DNA of 64,000 nucleotides from assembly GCA_963783305.1 (NCBI GenBank), contig CAWAMW010000002.1:704001-768000 (forward strand), in the 5' to 3' direction. The position numbers and the translations under genes were made by a program. This DNA is from an uncultured Gemmatimonadales bacterium (GTDB taxonomy: Bacteria; Gemmatimonadota; Gemmatimonadetes; Longimicrobiales; RSA9). The notes beneath the pieces were generated by a model, which was given only the letters and a program-made list of their open reading frames with translations, was not told the origin of the DNA and searched no databases. Below are positions 28,753 to 38,986 of this stretch, piece by piece; the stretch's first letter is position 1, and each line of letters opens with the position of its first letter.

Positions 28753-30068
28753 CGTTGGATCCCCAGTCTCTTCATGCGTCGATAGAGGTTGGCACGGTCC
28801 GTCTTAAGGCTGCGGGCGGCCTCCGCCATGTTCCCTGCGGCCGCGTCGAGCGCGTGCTCGATCTGGCGCGCCTCGAATTGGTCGAGCCGCTCGTGGAGCG
28901 GAAGATCCTCCTCCGGCGCTGGGCGTCGGAGGAGCACTCCAACAGCCGCAGCATCCGCCGCCTGCCCCCGGTGCAGGATCGCCAGGCGCTCACATACGTT
29001 GGCCAGCTCACGGACGTTCCCGGGCCAGCGGTAGCGGCGGAGCTCCCCCATGGCGTCGGCGGAGAGCGTGGGGGGCTCGAGCCCCTGCTCCGTTCGAAGC
29101 CGGCCCATCAGGTGCTCGACCAGCTCCGGCAGGTCCTGCAGCCGCTCCCGGAGCGCCGGCGTGCGGATGGGGAGGACGTTCAGCCGGTAGAAGAGGTCAT
29201 CCCGGAAGGAGCCTTCGGTCATCTTCTCCTCCAGGTCGCGGTTGGTGGCGGCCACCACCCGGACATCCACGGGAATCGTCGCACTCCCGCCCACCCGCTG
29301 GATCTCCCCGGCCTCGAGCGCGCGCAGGAGCTTCGCCTGGGCGTCGAGGCTGAGGTCGGCGATCTCGTCCAGGAAGAGCGTGCCCCCGTCCGCCTGCTCG
29401 AACCGGCCGCGGCGGCGACCGGTCGCCCCGGTGAAAGCGCCCTTCTCGTGGCCGAACATCTCGGACTCGATGAGCTCCCGGGGGATAGCAGCGCTGTTCA
29501 CCCTCACGAACGGCCCTCGAGCGCGGCGGGAAAGGTGGTGAATCGCCGCCGCCACAAGTTCCTTGCCGGTCCCGCTCTCGCCGGTCACAAGCACCCGCGA
29601 CTCCGTGGGCGCAGCCTGCCGGATGCGCTCCCGCACCGTGGCCATCTCCGGACCGGAGCCGACCAGGTCTTCCGGCGTGATCGGCCGGCTCGCCAGCTCC
29701 CGCGCCCGCCGCAGCGCCACCGCTCCGCTCACCGTGGCGAGCACCGACTCCGGGGACAGGGGCTTCTCGATGAAGTGGAACGCTCCCAACCGCGTCGCCT
29801 CGACCGCATCCTGGAGCGTGGCCCGCCCGCTCATCATGACCACCGGCAGCTGAGGTCGACGCTCCGCGAGCTGCCGCAGCGCGGACAGCCCGTCCGTGCG
29901 GGGCATCGCCAGGTCCATCAGGACGACATCGGGCTCCTCCGTGACCGCCCGCTCCACACCCGCGCCGCCATCCTCTGCCTCCGTTACCCGGTATCCTTCC
30001 GCCTCCAGCAGCCCGCGCAGCATCCGCCGGATGTTGGCTTCGTCGTCAACAACGAGGATGGCGGGCAC
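28749..30068 (-). CDS. Sigma54-dependent response regulator (NtrC/NtrX family)
   Basis: REC domain (VVDD, MDLAMP, FIEKP); GESGTGKE; intact [14 protein letters not shown]; Fis-type HTH. Confidence 0.95.
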   Translation of the reverse strand: MPAILVVDDEANIRRMLRGLLEAEGYRVTEAEDGGAGVERAVTEEPDVVLMDLAMPRTDGLSALRQLAERRPQLPVVMMSGRATLQDAVEATRLGAFHFIEKPLSPESVLATVSGAVALRRARELASRPITPEDLVGSGPEMATVRERIRQAAPTESRVLVTGESGTGKELVAAAIHHLSRRARGPFVRVNSAAIPRELIESEMFGHEKGAFTGATGRRRGRFEQADGGTLFLDEIADLSLDAQAKLLRALEAGEIQRVGGSATIPVDVRVVAATNRDLEEKMTEGSFRDDLFYRLNVLPIRTPALRERLQDLPELVEHLMGRLRTEQGLEPPTLSADAMGELRRYRWPGNVRELANVCERLAILHRGQAADAAAVGVLLRRPAPEEDLPLHERLDQFEARQIEHALDAAAGNMAEAARSLKTDRANLYRRMKRLGIQR

Positions 30069-30074
30069 GGGAGG

Positions 30075-30788
30075 TCAGCGCCGGCCCATGATCAGCCGCG
30101 CCCGCACCAGTCGACCCGCCGTCACCTGCTCTTCACTTGCGCCCGCGCAGAACATGCGGGCCGCGGGGCCATAGAAGACCCGGACGTGCTCGCCCGTCGG
30201 CACCGCCCTCTCACTCGGGTCGCAGCGGAGCACGGCGAAATAGGCGGGCGCGAGCATCCGGGCCACCCGATCTCCCGTCGCCGCGTCGGGCACCCTCACC
30301 GCCATGACCAGCGCCGCCGCATTTCCCACGTCCGTGGCCACGTACTGGAGCAGCGCCCTTACGGCATCCTCGACCGGGGCGCCGGCATCGAGCCTCAGCG
30401 CCATCAGGTCCAGGAGGCGCTCCTTCTCGATCTCGTACAGCGCGTCCTGCAGGGTGATCGAGCCCCCCTCGTAGTCGAGCGTTACCGTGGTGTCGCCCAC
30501 CGGCGCCGGTGCGAGGAAGGCCATCCCGCGCCCGTCGGTGACCGCCGGGCCGCTCAGCTCGAGCTGCGAGGCGGCGGCCACATCGCGGAACCAGCCGGGG
30601 TCGCGGTCGGCGAAGACGAAGGCGGCGCGAGCGCCAGCGCCGTTGATGGCGCTGGCCACGGCGGCGGGCGCGGCGGTGGATGTGGCCTCGATGGCCACCG
30701 TGGGAATCTCGATGTCCTTCGGACCGCCGTAATTCGGTGCGCAGGCGCTGAGCGCGAGCGCGGCGACCCCGGCTGCAAGACGAGTCAT
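30075..30788 (-). CDS. Hypothetical lipoprotein
   Basis: MTRLAAGVAALALSAC lipobox; overlaps the kinase stop. Confidence 0.7.
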   Translation of the reverse strand: MTRLAAGVAALALSACAPNYGGPKDIEIPTVAIEATSTAAPAAVASAINGAGARAAFVFADRDPGWFRDVAAASQLELSGPAVTDGRGMAFLAPAPVGDTTVTLDYEGGSITLQDALYEIEKERLLDLMALRLDAGAPVEDAVRALLQYVATDVGNAAALVMAVRVPDAATGDRVARMLAPAYFAVLRCDPSERAVPTGEHVRVFYGPAARMFCAGASEEQVTAGRLVRARLIMGRR

Positions 30789-32074
30789 TCGGACTCCTGT
30801 TCAGAGGCTAACGATGCGGCGGGGAGTCGAACTGCGAACTCGGCACCCCCGTGGTGGCTCCGGGCGGCTACGGTCCCGCCGCCGGCGGTCACGGCCTGTC
30901 GAACCAGCGCCAACCCGAGCCCGGTGCCCCGGGTCTTGGTGGTGAAGTCCGGCTCGAAGATCCGGTCGCCTCCGCCGGGCGGCAAGCCCGGGCCGTTGTC
31001 CCTGATGCGAACGTCGAGCCAACGGCCTTCCGCGTCGTGCTCCAGAGCCACCGTGATATCCAGCTTGGGATCCGGCACCGACTCCATCGCCTCGATGGCG
31101 TTCCGCACCAGGTTCCGAAAGGCGCGGAAGAGGGCATCGTAGTGGCACATCACCGGGGGGAGCCGCCCGGAAGCGGACAGGGTGGCGGTAACGCCCCGGG
31201 CGTCGGTCTCGAGCAGGGACGTCAGGAGCTCTTCAAGGTCGATCTCCGTGGGCGGCCCTTCGGGGGGGCGACCGAGAGAGCTGAACTGCGCCGCGAGATC
31301 CTCGAGCCGACCCACCTCCTGTCCGATCACTTCCACCGCCTCTTCGAACCCCGCGGCGTCGGCGGGTGCCTCGAGCCGCGCCAGCCGGTGGGCGGCGAAG
31401 CGGAGCGGCGTAAGCGGGTTCTTCATCTCGTGCGCCACCCTGCGCGCCATCTCGCCCCAGACCCGGAGCCGCTCGGCGTCCACCGCCCGCTTCCGCGCCA
31501 GCTCCAGGTCGGCGGCGGCGTCACGGAGCGCCCGGTCGAGAACATGGACCTCATGGACGGAGCGCCCGGACGGGGGCGGCAGAGGCTCCCCCCTGCCCAA
31601 TCGCTCCGCCACCACAACCAGCTCCTCGATCGGCTGCGCCAGCTGGCTCGCGAGCTGACGCGTGGCCGCGTACGCCAGAGCCACCAGCCCCGCGGCCACC
31701 AGCAGCACCAGCCAGGGCAGCACGGCGCTGAACCGCTGCTCCAGGAACGACCAGCGACGGGCCTGCGTGAGCGAACCCGAGAGCGCCTCCCGGTGCTCCG
31801 CCGCCGCCCGCTCCACAGCCGTGTCGCCCGGCTGCACCAGCTCGATGACCTCACGGCCGCTGGCGGCCACCTCCTCCCACGGACCCAGCGCGCCCGCGAA
31901 CTCCAGCGACGTCGACAGCGCCCAGCCACTCACCGCCAGCACGATCAGGGCGGGCGCAACCGTCAGCGCGAGCAGCCAGCCCAGGAGCCTCCGCTCCAGT
32001 GTGCGCGCCCCTGCAGCAGCCGGCGCGGACGCTGGCTCCCGCGGCGGTCGGGGCGGCTGGAATCGAGTTGACAC
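30785..32074 (-). CDS. HAMP sensor histidine kinase, NtrY-like
   Basis: Two TM helices; WGEMARRVAHEMKNPLTP; NLVRNAIEA; FTTK..GTGLGL. Confidence 0.9.
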   Translation of the reverse strand: MSTRFQPPRPPREPASAPAAAGARTLERRLLGWLLALTVAPALIVLAVSGWALSTSLEFAGALGPWEEVAASGREVIELVQPGDTAVERAAAEHREALSGSLTQARRWSFLEQRFSAVLPWLVLLVAAGLVALAYAATRQLASQLAQPIEELVVVAERLGRGEPLPPPSGRSVHEVHVLDRALRDAAADLELARKRAVDAERLRVWGEMARRVAHEMKNPLTPLRFAAHRLARLEAPADAAGFEEAVEVIGQEVGRLEDLAAQFSSLGRPPEGPPTEIDLEELLTSLLETDARGVTATLSASGRLPPVMCHYDALFRAFRNLVRNAIEAMESVPDPKLDITVALEHDAEGRWLDVRIRDNGPGLPPGGGDRIFEPDFTTKTRGTGLGLALVRQAVTAGGGTVAARSHHGGAEFAVRLPAASLASEQESE

Positions 32075-32164
32075 GCGCTAGAGGCCCGGTCTAGGGTTCA
32101 GGACCGGCCGGCCCGGCCGGTTTCTCCCTGCTCATCCCCGCCCGCGGCGGGTCCGCCGGCGGTA

Positions 32165-32179
32165 TGGCACGGTTCCGGC
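32165..32179 (+). promoter_or_regulatory. Putative sigma54 -24/-12 promoter
   Basis: TGGCACGGTTCCGGC: consensus -24, weak -12; upstream of the gene at 32255. Confidence 0.4.
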
Positions 32180-32254
32180 CTCGGCTGGGTATCCGAACGT
32201 AAGAGCCGGAACGACACCGGATCAAGTCGGCCCCTTCGAAGCAAAGGAGAGGAA

Positions 32255-32986
32255 ATGATCCTGCCCAACGTGCGGGCGTCCTTCGGGCGCGGAGAAGCCA
32301 ACGCCATACTCGCCATACTCGGCGATGGCGATTCGGCCACGCGGGAAGCGGCCACCGAGCGGCTCGTGGAGGGCGGGATCGACGCACTCCTGGACGACCC
32401 GCGCACCCTCAACGGCGTTCTGACCGGCGACCACGCCGTGCGGCCCGCACTGGCCTTCTACCTCCTCGTCCGCCACGCGCTCCTCGAGAGTGGGATCGAC
32501 GACCGTGCCCTCGCCGACTACATCGCCGCCATGCTCGCCGAGTTCGGCCGCGAGGACCGCGCGTACCGCATACAGCCCGATGATCCCGACCGCTATTTCT
32601 ACCTCGTGGACCTGCTCGCGGCCATGGAAACGCCCGACGGACGCCGACGGTTTCTCATCCGTGCCCACCTCGGCAACTACGCCCTCTGGCTCAGCGGCAT
32701 CTTTCCCGACCATGTGGTGGCCCGCGTCCACCGCCGCGGTGCCCCCGGCATCGATTACTTCGAGGCCATGGGCGCCAGCGGGTTCCGCATGGCCGCCGAC
32801 AGCCCCTTCGCCACTCGCCACGGTCTCCAGGACGTGTACCGCACCGCTGCCGATGCCTTCCCCACCCTCCGCATGGCCCTCAACCGGATCGCCGACCGCT
32901 ATCTCTTCCCCACCCGCGCCGGGTCCATCGACCGTCTCATCAGGCAGGTCAGTGACGCCTTCGAGAGCGGCCCCAGCGAGCCCTGA
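32255..32986 (+). CDS. Conserved-looking hypothetical protein
   Basis: Strong RBS (AAGGAGAGG); LGNYALWLSGIFPD...DYFEAMGASGF. Confidence 0.7.
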   Translation: MILPNVRASFGRGEANAILAILGDGDSATREAATERLVEGGIDALLDDPRTLNGVLTGDHAVRPALAFYLLVRHALLESGIDDRALADYIAAMLAEFGREDRAYRIQPDDPDRYFYLVDLLAAMETPDGRRRFLIRAHLGNYALWLSGIFPDHVVARVHRRGAPGIDYFEAMGASGFRMAADSPFATRHGLQDVYRTAADAFPTLRMALNRIADRYLFPTRAGSIDRLIRQVSDAFESGPSEP

Positions 32987-33033
32987 CGACGCGTGGATCC
33001 CCGAAGACGAACGTAAGGCCGCCCCACACCGTG

Positions 33034-34914
33034 TCAGAGGGCGTCGTCGCGGTCGCTCCCCGGTGACACGCGCTCACCGCACGCGCCGCAGAAACGCCAG
33101 TGGGCGGGTGATCGCGCGCCGCAGCCGCACCGTCGAATGGTCTCGCCACCGCAGTGGGGGCAGAAGGGGTGGTCCCGGGCCACTCGCCCGCCGCACGCCG
33201 GGCACACGGGCGCCTCGTCCGCGAGCAGCGTGAGAAGGGGTCGCACCTCGTCCAGGGTGGTCAGCCCCGCCTCGACCTTTCTCCACGCATCCACGGGAAG
33301 CGGCACCATCCCCGCCGCGGCCGCGGCCTCCCGGACGTGATCCACGGGCGCGTCCGCGAGGATCAGCTCACGGATGACGGCATCGACACGAAGCAGCTCG
33401 AATATGCCGACCCGGCCGCGGTAGCCCGTGTCATTGCAGCGGTCGCATCCCACGGCGGCAGGGAGGTGCGTGGGGGTGGGGAGGCCGAGGTCCTGGAACA
33501 CGTCTCCGGTCACGGGGACGGCCGTCCGGCAATCGGGGCAGAGGCGCCGCACCAGCCGTTGCGCCAGCACCCCTGCGAGCCCGCCGGCGACCAGGTACCG
33601 TGCGGCCCCCAGCTCCACGAGCCGGGACACGGCGCTGGCGGCGTCGTTGGTGTGCAGCGTGGTCAGCACGAGGTGACCGGTCAGTGCGGCCGCGAGCCCC
33701 ACCTCGGCCGTCTCGCGGTCCCGCATCTCGCCCACCATCACCACGTCGGGGTCCTGACGCAGCACCGCCCGGAGCGCGGCCGCGAACGTGAGTCCCGCCC
33801 GCGGTTGCACCTGCACCTGCGTCACCCCCTCGACCCGGTATTCCACCGGGTCCTCCAGCGTCACGATGTTGCGGCCGACCCGGTCTCTCGACTGGAGCGC
33901 CGCATAGAGCGTGGTGCTCTTCCCGCTGCCCGTCGGGCCGGTGACCAGAAAGAGTCCGTGCTCTCGACCCAGCGCGGTATCGAGGCCCGCGCGAAGCTCC
34001 CCGACGATCCCCAGGGCTTCCAGCGACCGCGTAGCGCCGCGGGGGTCCAGCAGCCGCAGAACCACCTTCTCGCCTTCCTGGTTCGGCAGCGTGCTCACGC
34101 GCACTCCCACCCGCGCTTCCCCCACCCGGATCGAGCTACGGCCATCCTGCGGCGATCTTTTGATGGCGATGTCCAGGCCCGCCATGATCTTCAGCCGCGA
34201 GACCACCGCAAGCGCGGCGGGTCGCGGCACCTCGAGGACCTCACGGAGCACACCGTCCACCCGGGCCCGCACCACCAGCCGCTCCCGACGCGGCTCCACG
34301 TGAACATCGCTGGCGCCGAGCGTCACCGCGCGATCCAGGACCAGATTCACCAGGGCGATGATCGGCGGCGCCTCCGACGCCTGTCTCAGCACGTCTGCTT
34401 GTTCGGCACCCCCGACCACCGCCGCCCCATCGCCGGCTCCGCCAGTCCGCTGCGCCCCGGCGGTACCCAGGCGGCGGAGCACGCTTCGCACGGCCTCCTG
34501 ACCGTAGGCGGCCACGAGCCCCCGCTCCACGGCCGCCTCGGAGGCCACAAGCGGCTCCACCCGGCGCCCCGTCCGGAACTGCAGATCGTCCAGTGCGCCC
34601 GCGTCCAGCGGATCCGCCATGGCCAATCGGAGGAGCCGCCCCGCCAGCGCCAGCGGCACGACCCGAAACCGCAGCGCCTGCTCCCGGGGCAGGAGAAGAG
34701 CGGCTTCCTCCGACGGCTGAAGCGGCGGCGGCGCGTACGCGAGGCGGAGCTGCCGCGCCAGCGCACGCGCCACGGCCTCCGGGTCCACGCCCCCCCGGGC
34801 GAGAATCACCCCCAGCCGCTCCCGCGTTTCCCGCTGCTCCGCGAGCGCTTCGTCCACCCGCCCCGCAGCGACGACGCCGTCTTCGATCAGGATCTGCCCG
34901 AGCATGGTCGCCAT
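33034..34914 (-). CDS. GspE/PilB-family secretion ATPase with MshEN N-terminus and C-terminal double zinc ribbon
   Basis: ASDVHVEP, PQDGR, GPTGSGKST, TLEDPVE, LRQDPD, TGHLVLTTLH; tail CPAC/CPHC/CGC/CGAC. Confidence 0.92.
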   Translation of the reverse strand: MATMLGQILIEDGVVAAGRVDEALAEQRETRERLGVILARGGVDPEAVARALARQLRLAYAPPPLQPSEEAALLLPREQALRFRVVPLALAGRLLRLAMADPLDAGALDDLQFRTGRRVEPLVASEAAVERGLVAAYGQEAVRSVLRRLGTAGAQRTGGAGDGAAVVGGAEQADVLRQASEAPPIIALVNLVLDRAVTLGASDVHVEPRRERLVVRARVDGVLREVLEVPRPAALAVVSRLKIMAGLDIAIKRSPQDGRSSIRVGEARVGVRVSTLPNQEGEKVVLRLLDPRGATRSLEALGIVGELRAGLDTALGREHGLFLVTGPTGSGKSTTLYAALQSRDRVGRNIVTLEDPVEYRVEGVTQVQVQPRAGLTFAAALRAVLRQDPDVVMVGEMRDRETAEVGLAAALTGHLVLTTLHTNDAASAVSRLVELGAARYLVAGGLAGVLAQRLVRRLCPDCRTAVPVTGDVFQDLGLPTPTHLPAAVGCDRCNDTGYRGRVGIFELLRVDAVIRELILADAPVDHVREAAAAAGMVPLPVDAWRKVEAGLTTLDEVRPLLTLLADEAPVCPACGGRVARDHPFCPHCGGETIRRCGCGARSPAHWRFCGACGERVSPGSDRDDAL

Positions 34915-35097
34915 GCCCGACGGTGTACCCTGAGCCGGGGCATGGGAATGGCTCGACCGGCCAGGATAAACGCGCTTCCCCTGCGGCAGTGACACGAGAC
35001 GGCGCGGCCGGTATTCTGCGGTTGAGCGCGCGGGCCGGCGGCACGCACCGTGCCCTCGCAAACCGCTGCGCTCGATCTACTCCCCGAGACACCCGCA

Positions 35098-36009
35098 ATG
35101 ATACGCACTCACGCACTCGGCAAGGCGTACGGCAGCCGCGCCCGCGCGGTCACCGCTCTGCGCGATGTATCACTGGAGCTGACTCCGGGAGTATGGGGGG
35201 TGGTGGGCCCGAACGGCGCCGGCAAGACCACGCTCCTGGGACTCATCCTGGGGTTCCTCCACCCGTCGGAAGGCACCGTGCGGATCGACGGACGATCTCC
35301 CCGCCGCTACCTCCGGGAGCACGGCGCCGCCTACCTCCCGGAGCGCTTCCGACTCCCGCCCGCCTGGCCCGTCCGCACCGCCCTGCGATCCCTTGCCCGC
35401 CTCGACGGCCTGAGTCCGGGCACCGCCCCAGCGCGCGTCGATGCGGCGATCGAGCGTATGGGGCTGGAAAGCCACGCCGATCGTCCCGTGGGCGCACTTT
35501 CCCGTGGACTCAATCAGCGGGTGGGGCTGGCGCAGGCGCTCGTAACGGACCGGCCGCTGGTGGTCCTGGACGAACCCACGGAGGGGCTGGACCCGCTCTG
35601 GCGGATCCGGTTCCGCGAGGCCGTGGAGGAGCTCCGAACCCCCGACCGCGTCGTGCTCCTCGCCAGCCACGACCTGGCGGAGGTCGAGCGGCTGGCAGAC
35701 CGCGTGATCCTCCTCGACGACGGCCAGGTCACCGACCTGATGGATCCCCGCCAGCCAGCCGCCGGTCCGCTGCGCTTCCGGCTCACGGTTCGGGCCGACG
35801 CCGAGGCGTTGCGCACAGCCTTCCCGGCGGCGGAGCTCGAGCCCGACGCCGCCGGCGAGCCGCTTGAAGTCCTGGTGCGGGTGGTGGATGCCACCGAGCT
35901 GTCCCACCGGCTCGCGGCGCTCCTGGACTCCGGCGCGATCGTCCACGCCGTCACGCCCCTGACGGACGACCTGGAAACGCGCGTGCGGCAGCGCCTGGAG
36001 GACGTGTGA
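35098..36009 (+). CDS. ABC transporter ATP-binding protein
   Basis: GPNGAGKTT, LSRG signature variant, VLDEP, SH switch. Confidence 0.9.
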   Translation: MIRTHALGKAYGSRARAVTALRDVSLELTPGVWGVVGPNGAGKTTLLGLILGFLHPSEGTVRIDGRSPRRYLREHGAAYLPERFRLPPAWPVRTALRSLARLDGLSPGTAPARVDAAIERMGLESHADRPVGALSRGLNQRVGLAQALVTDRPLVVLDEPTEGLDPLWRIRFREAVEELRTPDRVVLLASHDLAEVERLADRVILLDDGQVTDLMDPRQPAAGPLRFRLTVRADAEALRTAFPAAELEPDAAGEPLEVLVRVVDATELSHRLAALLDSGAIVHAVTPLTDDLETRVRQRLEDV

Positions 36010-36797
36010 GCGACGGCGCGAGCTCTACGGCCAGGGTGCGGGCTGCCTTCCGGCTGGCGGGGCTCGAGCTGCTGGCGCGGCGTCGTCGGATCATGGCGCT
36101 GCTGGCGTTTGCGGGCGTCTTCCTCGCCGCGGCCGCCACCGCCGCCGCGCTGGGGCGGGAGGCGGACCACGTGGAAATGGACACCCTCTACCAGATCGGC
36201 GGCTACCCGCTGATCTCCGGGCTGATCCTTACCGGCTGGCTGATCGGACGGTTCCCGCTGGTGGCGACGCTCGTGATGCTGAGCGGAGTCGTCGCCCACG
36301 ACCGGGAGACCGGGCACGCGCGGATGCTCGCGGCCCGGCCCGTTTCACCAACGCTGCTCTACGGCGCCCGGTTCCTCGTGCTTGCCGGCCTGGCGTTCGC
36401 CCTCTCGGCCGTGCTCATGCCGCTCTTCGACCTGATCATGCTGGGGCGCTGGGGCGGCGGCGCCACCCTCATCCTCATCCTGGCGCATGTCCTCGTATGG
36501 GGGGGACTGACCGCGCTCCTCTCTACGCTGACCGGCCTCGACGCGTGGCTCACGCTCCTCCTGGCGATCTTCGCCATGGTTTGGGCGTCCCTCACCCGCG
36601 CGGCACTGGTGCCACTGCCTCCGCCCATCGCCGAGGGCCTCACCTTCATCCTGCCACCCGTGCGCCAGCTCTTCGCCCTGGAATCGGCCTTCGCCGACGT
36701 GGAGCCCGTTCCCTGGGGCGACTTCTGGTTCGCCGCGGGCTACGGAGTCCTCGCACTCGTAATCGCGGCCTGGCTGCTACGCCGGCGGGAGATCTGA
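36006..36797 (+). CDS. ABC-2 type permease
   Basis: About six TM helices; overlaps the ATPase stop. Confidence 0.8.
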   Translation: MSDGASSTARVRAAFRLAGLELLARRRRIMALLAFAGVFLAAAATAAALGREADHVEMDTLYQIGGYPLISGLILTGWLIGRFPLVATLVMLSGVVAHDRETGHARMLAARPVSPTLLYGARFLVLAGLAFALSAVLMPLFDLIMLGRWGGGATLILILAHVLVWGGLTALLSTLTGLDAWLTLLLAIFAMVWASLTRAALVPLPPPIAEGLTFILPPVRQLFALESAFADVEPVPWGDFWFAAGYGVLALVIAAWLLRRREI

Positions 36798-37763
36798 ACC
36801 CGGGCGCGCGGGCGACCCGAGACCCAGCGCCCTGAGGATCTCGGCAGGGACATCCCACAGGTGCTTCAGCCGCTGCGCCACCGCCTCATGATCGGACCCC
36901 GCCAGGAGCCCCAGCGCCGGGTTCCGCGTGTGCTCACGGTTCACGTCCTCCACGTTCCCGTGGTCGCTGGCCACCACCAGGAGCGCATCGGTCGGGAGCG
37001 TCTCCAGCACGCCGCCGAGGAACGCGTCCACCCGTTCGAGCGCGGCCACCGCCTCCTCCCAGCTGCCCCGGTGGCCGACGTAATCCGGGGTGTAGTGCGC
37101 GAAGAGCGTGAGGTCATGACGACTCGCAATGCGCGCCAGCGTGCGGCCGGCCTCCTCCGGTGTGGGCGTGGGCAGCCCCGTCCGCCCCAGTCTCCCGATC
37201 CAGCCGTCGTTGGTGATCTCGCTGGCCACGGCATCCCCGCGCTCGAGCGCCGGCGTGCGCCGGGTCAGCACGCCGGCGCCCAGCGCGGCTATCGGCGGCC
37301 CCGCCCGCAGCGGACCCAGGCGTCGGGACCGGAGCGCGTCGAGGAGGGGAACGTCCCGCGGAATGCGGTCGAGCAGCTCCTCTGGGTACGCGTTGGCGAA
37401 CGCCACACTGCGGCCCGCTTCCCGGGCGAGCGCCAGCAGGCTCCGCTCCGCGACGAGGGCGCGCAGCGACGTCGGCACCCACGGGCCGTAGTGCCGGCCG
37501 AACCGCTTCACCGCGTCCTCGCCCGTGAGCAGCGTCGCGTGGCCCGTGCCGCTCTGCGGCGTGCCCGCCGCGCCATGGGTCGCGTCCACCCCCACCAGGC
37601 TTCCGTCCGCACCGGAATACGGCGCCGTGTCCGCGAACGGGCGGCCCCCGCCCAGCAGCGACTCGATCGTGGGGAGCCGCGCGGCGGTGAACGGGTTGGC
37701 GTCGGTCGGCGGGCCGAGGCCCACGCCGTCCACGAAGACGAACAGCACGCGGGTGACGATCAT
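36777..37763 (-). CDS. Alkaline-phosphatase superfamily metalloenzyme (phosphoglycerate mutase-like)
   Basis: FVDGVGLG, PQSGTG, DYVGH, SDHGN, HT.N. Confidence 0.85.
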   Translation of the reverse strand: MIVTRVLFVFVDGVGLGPPTDANPFTAARLPTIESLLGGGRPFADTAPYSGADGSLVGVDATHGAAGTPQSGTGHATLLTGEDAVKRFGRHYGPWVPTSLRALVAERSLLALAREAGRSVAFANAYPEELLDRIPRDVPLLDALRSRRLGPLRAGPPIAALGAGVLTRRTPALERGDAVASEITNDGWIGRLGRTGLPTPTPEEAGRTLARIASRHDLTLFAHYTPDYVGHRGSWEEAVAALERVDAFLGGVLETLPTDALLVVASDHGNVEDVNREHTRNPALGLLAGSDHEAVAQRLKHLWDVPAEILRALGLGSPARPGSDLPPA

Positions 37764-37836
37764 GGGCGGAAAGTAGCCGCCCCCGGCAGGCCGACAAAGT
37801 CGTTGATCCGCTGGGGATCTGCGTTAACATGGTGCC

Positions 37837-38880
37837 ATGCCCATAACCGAGAAGGACATCGCGGCGCTGCTCGAGGATGGCGTTATCGACGACGCAGCGG
37901 CGGCACGGATCCGGACGTGGACGACCGCCGCCCCGGACCGATCGCCGAGCTCACCGTTCGACATCGCCCACGCCGCGTACTATCTCGGGGCGCTCGTCAT
38001 CCTGTTCGCCCTCGGGTGGTTCGCGGTGGAAGCCTGGGAGCGCTACGGCGGCTGGCCGCTGGCGGGCGTCGCCGTCGCCTACGCCGCCCTCTTCGCCAAC
38101 CTCGGCGAGGGGTTGTGGCGGCGCGGCTGGAGGGTGCCCGGAGGACTGCTGTTCACGGCCGCCGTGGGCATGGCGCCACTCCTGGCGTTCGCCGTTCAGG
38201 CCGGGCTCGGCATCTGGCCCGACTCGGGGCCGGGCACCACCCCCGGCTACTACGCGTCGGTGGACGGGCACGTCATCGTCATCGCGCTGACCACCGTGGC
38301 CGCCGCGCTCATCGCCATCCGACTCCGCCCCTTCTCCTTCCATGGCGCTCCGCTGGCCATCGCGCTCCTGGTCCTGGCCATGGACGTCGGCGAGATCCTC
38401 CTCCCGCAGGCCGCCTCCACGAACCGGGACATGATTACCCTCGTCGTGGGGCTGCTGATCATGGGCGCCGGGTACCTGGTCGACCATCGGACCCGGGAGG
38501 ACTACGCCTTCTGGCTTTACCTGGGGGGGCTCATGGCGTTCTTCTTCCCCGCGTTCGACGAGATCCGCGAGACCCTGGCCTTCGGGATCATCCACCTCTC
38601 CTTCATGCTCGTGGCCGTGCTCATTCAGCGGCGCGCGTTCATGGTGGTGGGCGGCGTGGGGCTGTTCACCTATCTCGTGTACCTGGCGGGCGACCTCTTC
38701 CGCGAGTCGCTCCTCTTCCCCGTGGCCCTATCCGGGATCGGACTGATCCTGATCTTCGGCGGGGTCGCGTATGCCAGGCGGGAGGACCGGATCCGGGAGT
38801 GGATCATGCGACGACTCCCTCCCGGCGCCGCGGCCGCACTCCCCCAGAACCGACGACCCGCCAGCCCCCACGCGCCATAA
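37837..38880 (+). CDS. DUF2157-like membrane protein
   Basis: GVIDDAAA N-terminus, YYLGA, about ten TM helices. Confidence 0.7.
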   Translation: MPITEKDIAALLEDGVIDDAAAARIRTWTTAAPDRSPSSPFDIAHAAYYLGALVILFALGWFAVEAWERYGGWPLAGVAVAYAALFANLGEGLWRRGWRVPGGLLFTAAVGMAPLLAFAVQAGLGIWPDSGPGTTPGYYASVDGHVIVIALTTVAAALIAIRLRPFSFHGAPLAIALLVLAMDVGEILLPQAASTNRDMITLVVGLLIMGAGYLVDHRTREDYAFWLYLGGLMAFFFPAFDEIRETLAFGIIHLSFMLVAVLIQRRAFMVVGGVGLFTYLVYLAGDLFRESLLFPVALSGIGLILIFGGVAYARREDRIREWIMRRLPPGAAAALPQNRRPASPHAP

Positions 38881-38944
38881 ACACACACTGAACGCGAACC
38901 GGCCCGGCAACGGCTAACGCCGCCCCCGGGCCGGACGCCCCCTC

Positions 38945-38986
38945 CTACTCCTACTCCTACTCCTACTCCTACTCCTACTCCTACTC
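38945..38986. repeat. Hexamer microsatellite (CTACTC)x7
   Basis: Seven perfect copies; reads (GAG TAG)x7 on the minus strand. Confidence 0.95.

Noticed and set aside
38945..38986. CRISPR array
   Set aside because: Pure hexamer repeat without spacers; no cas genes.
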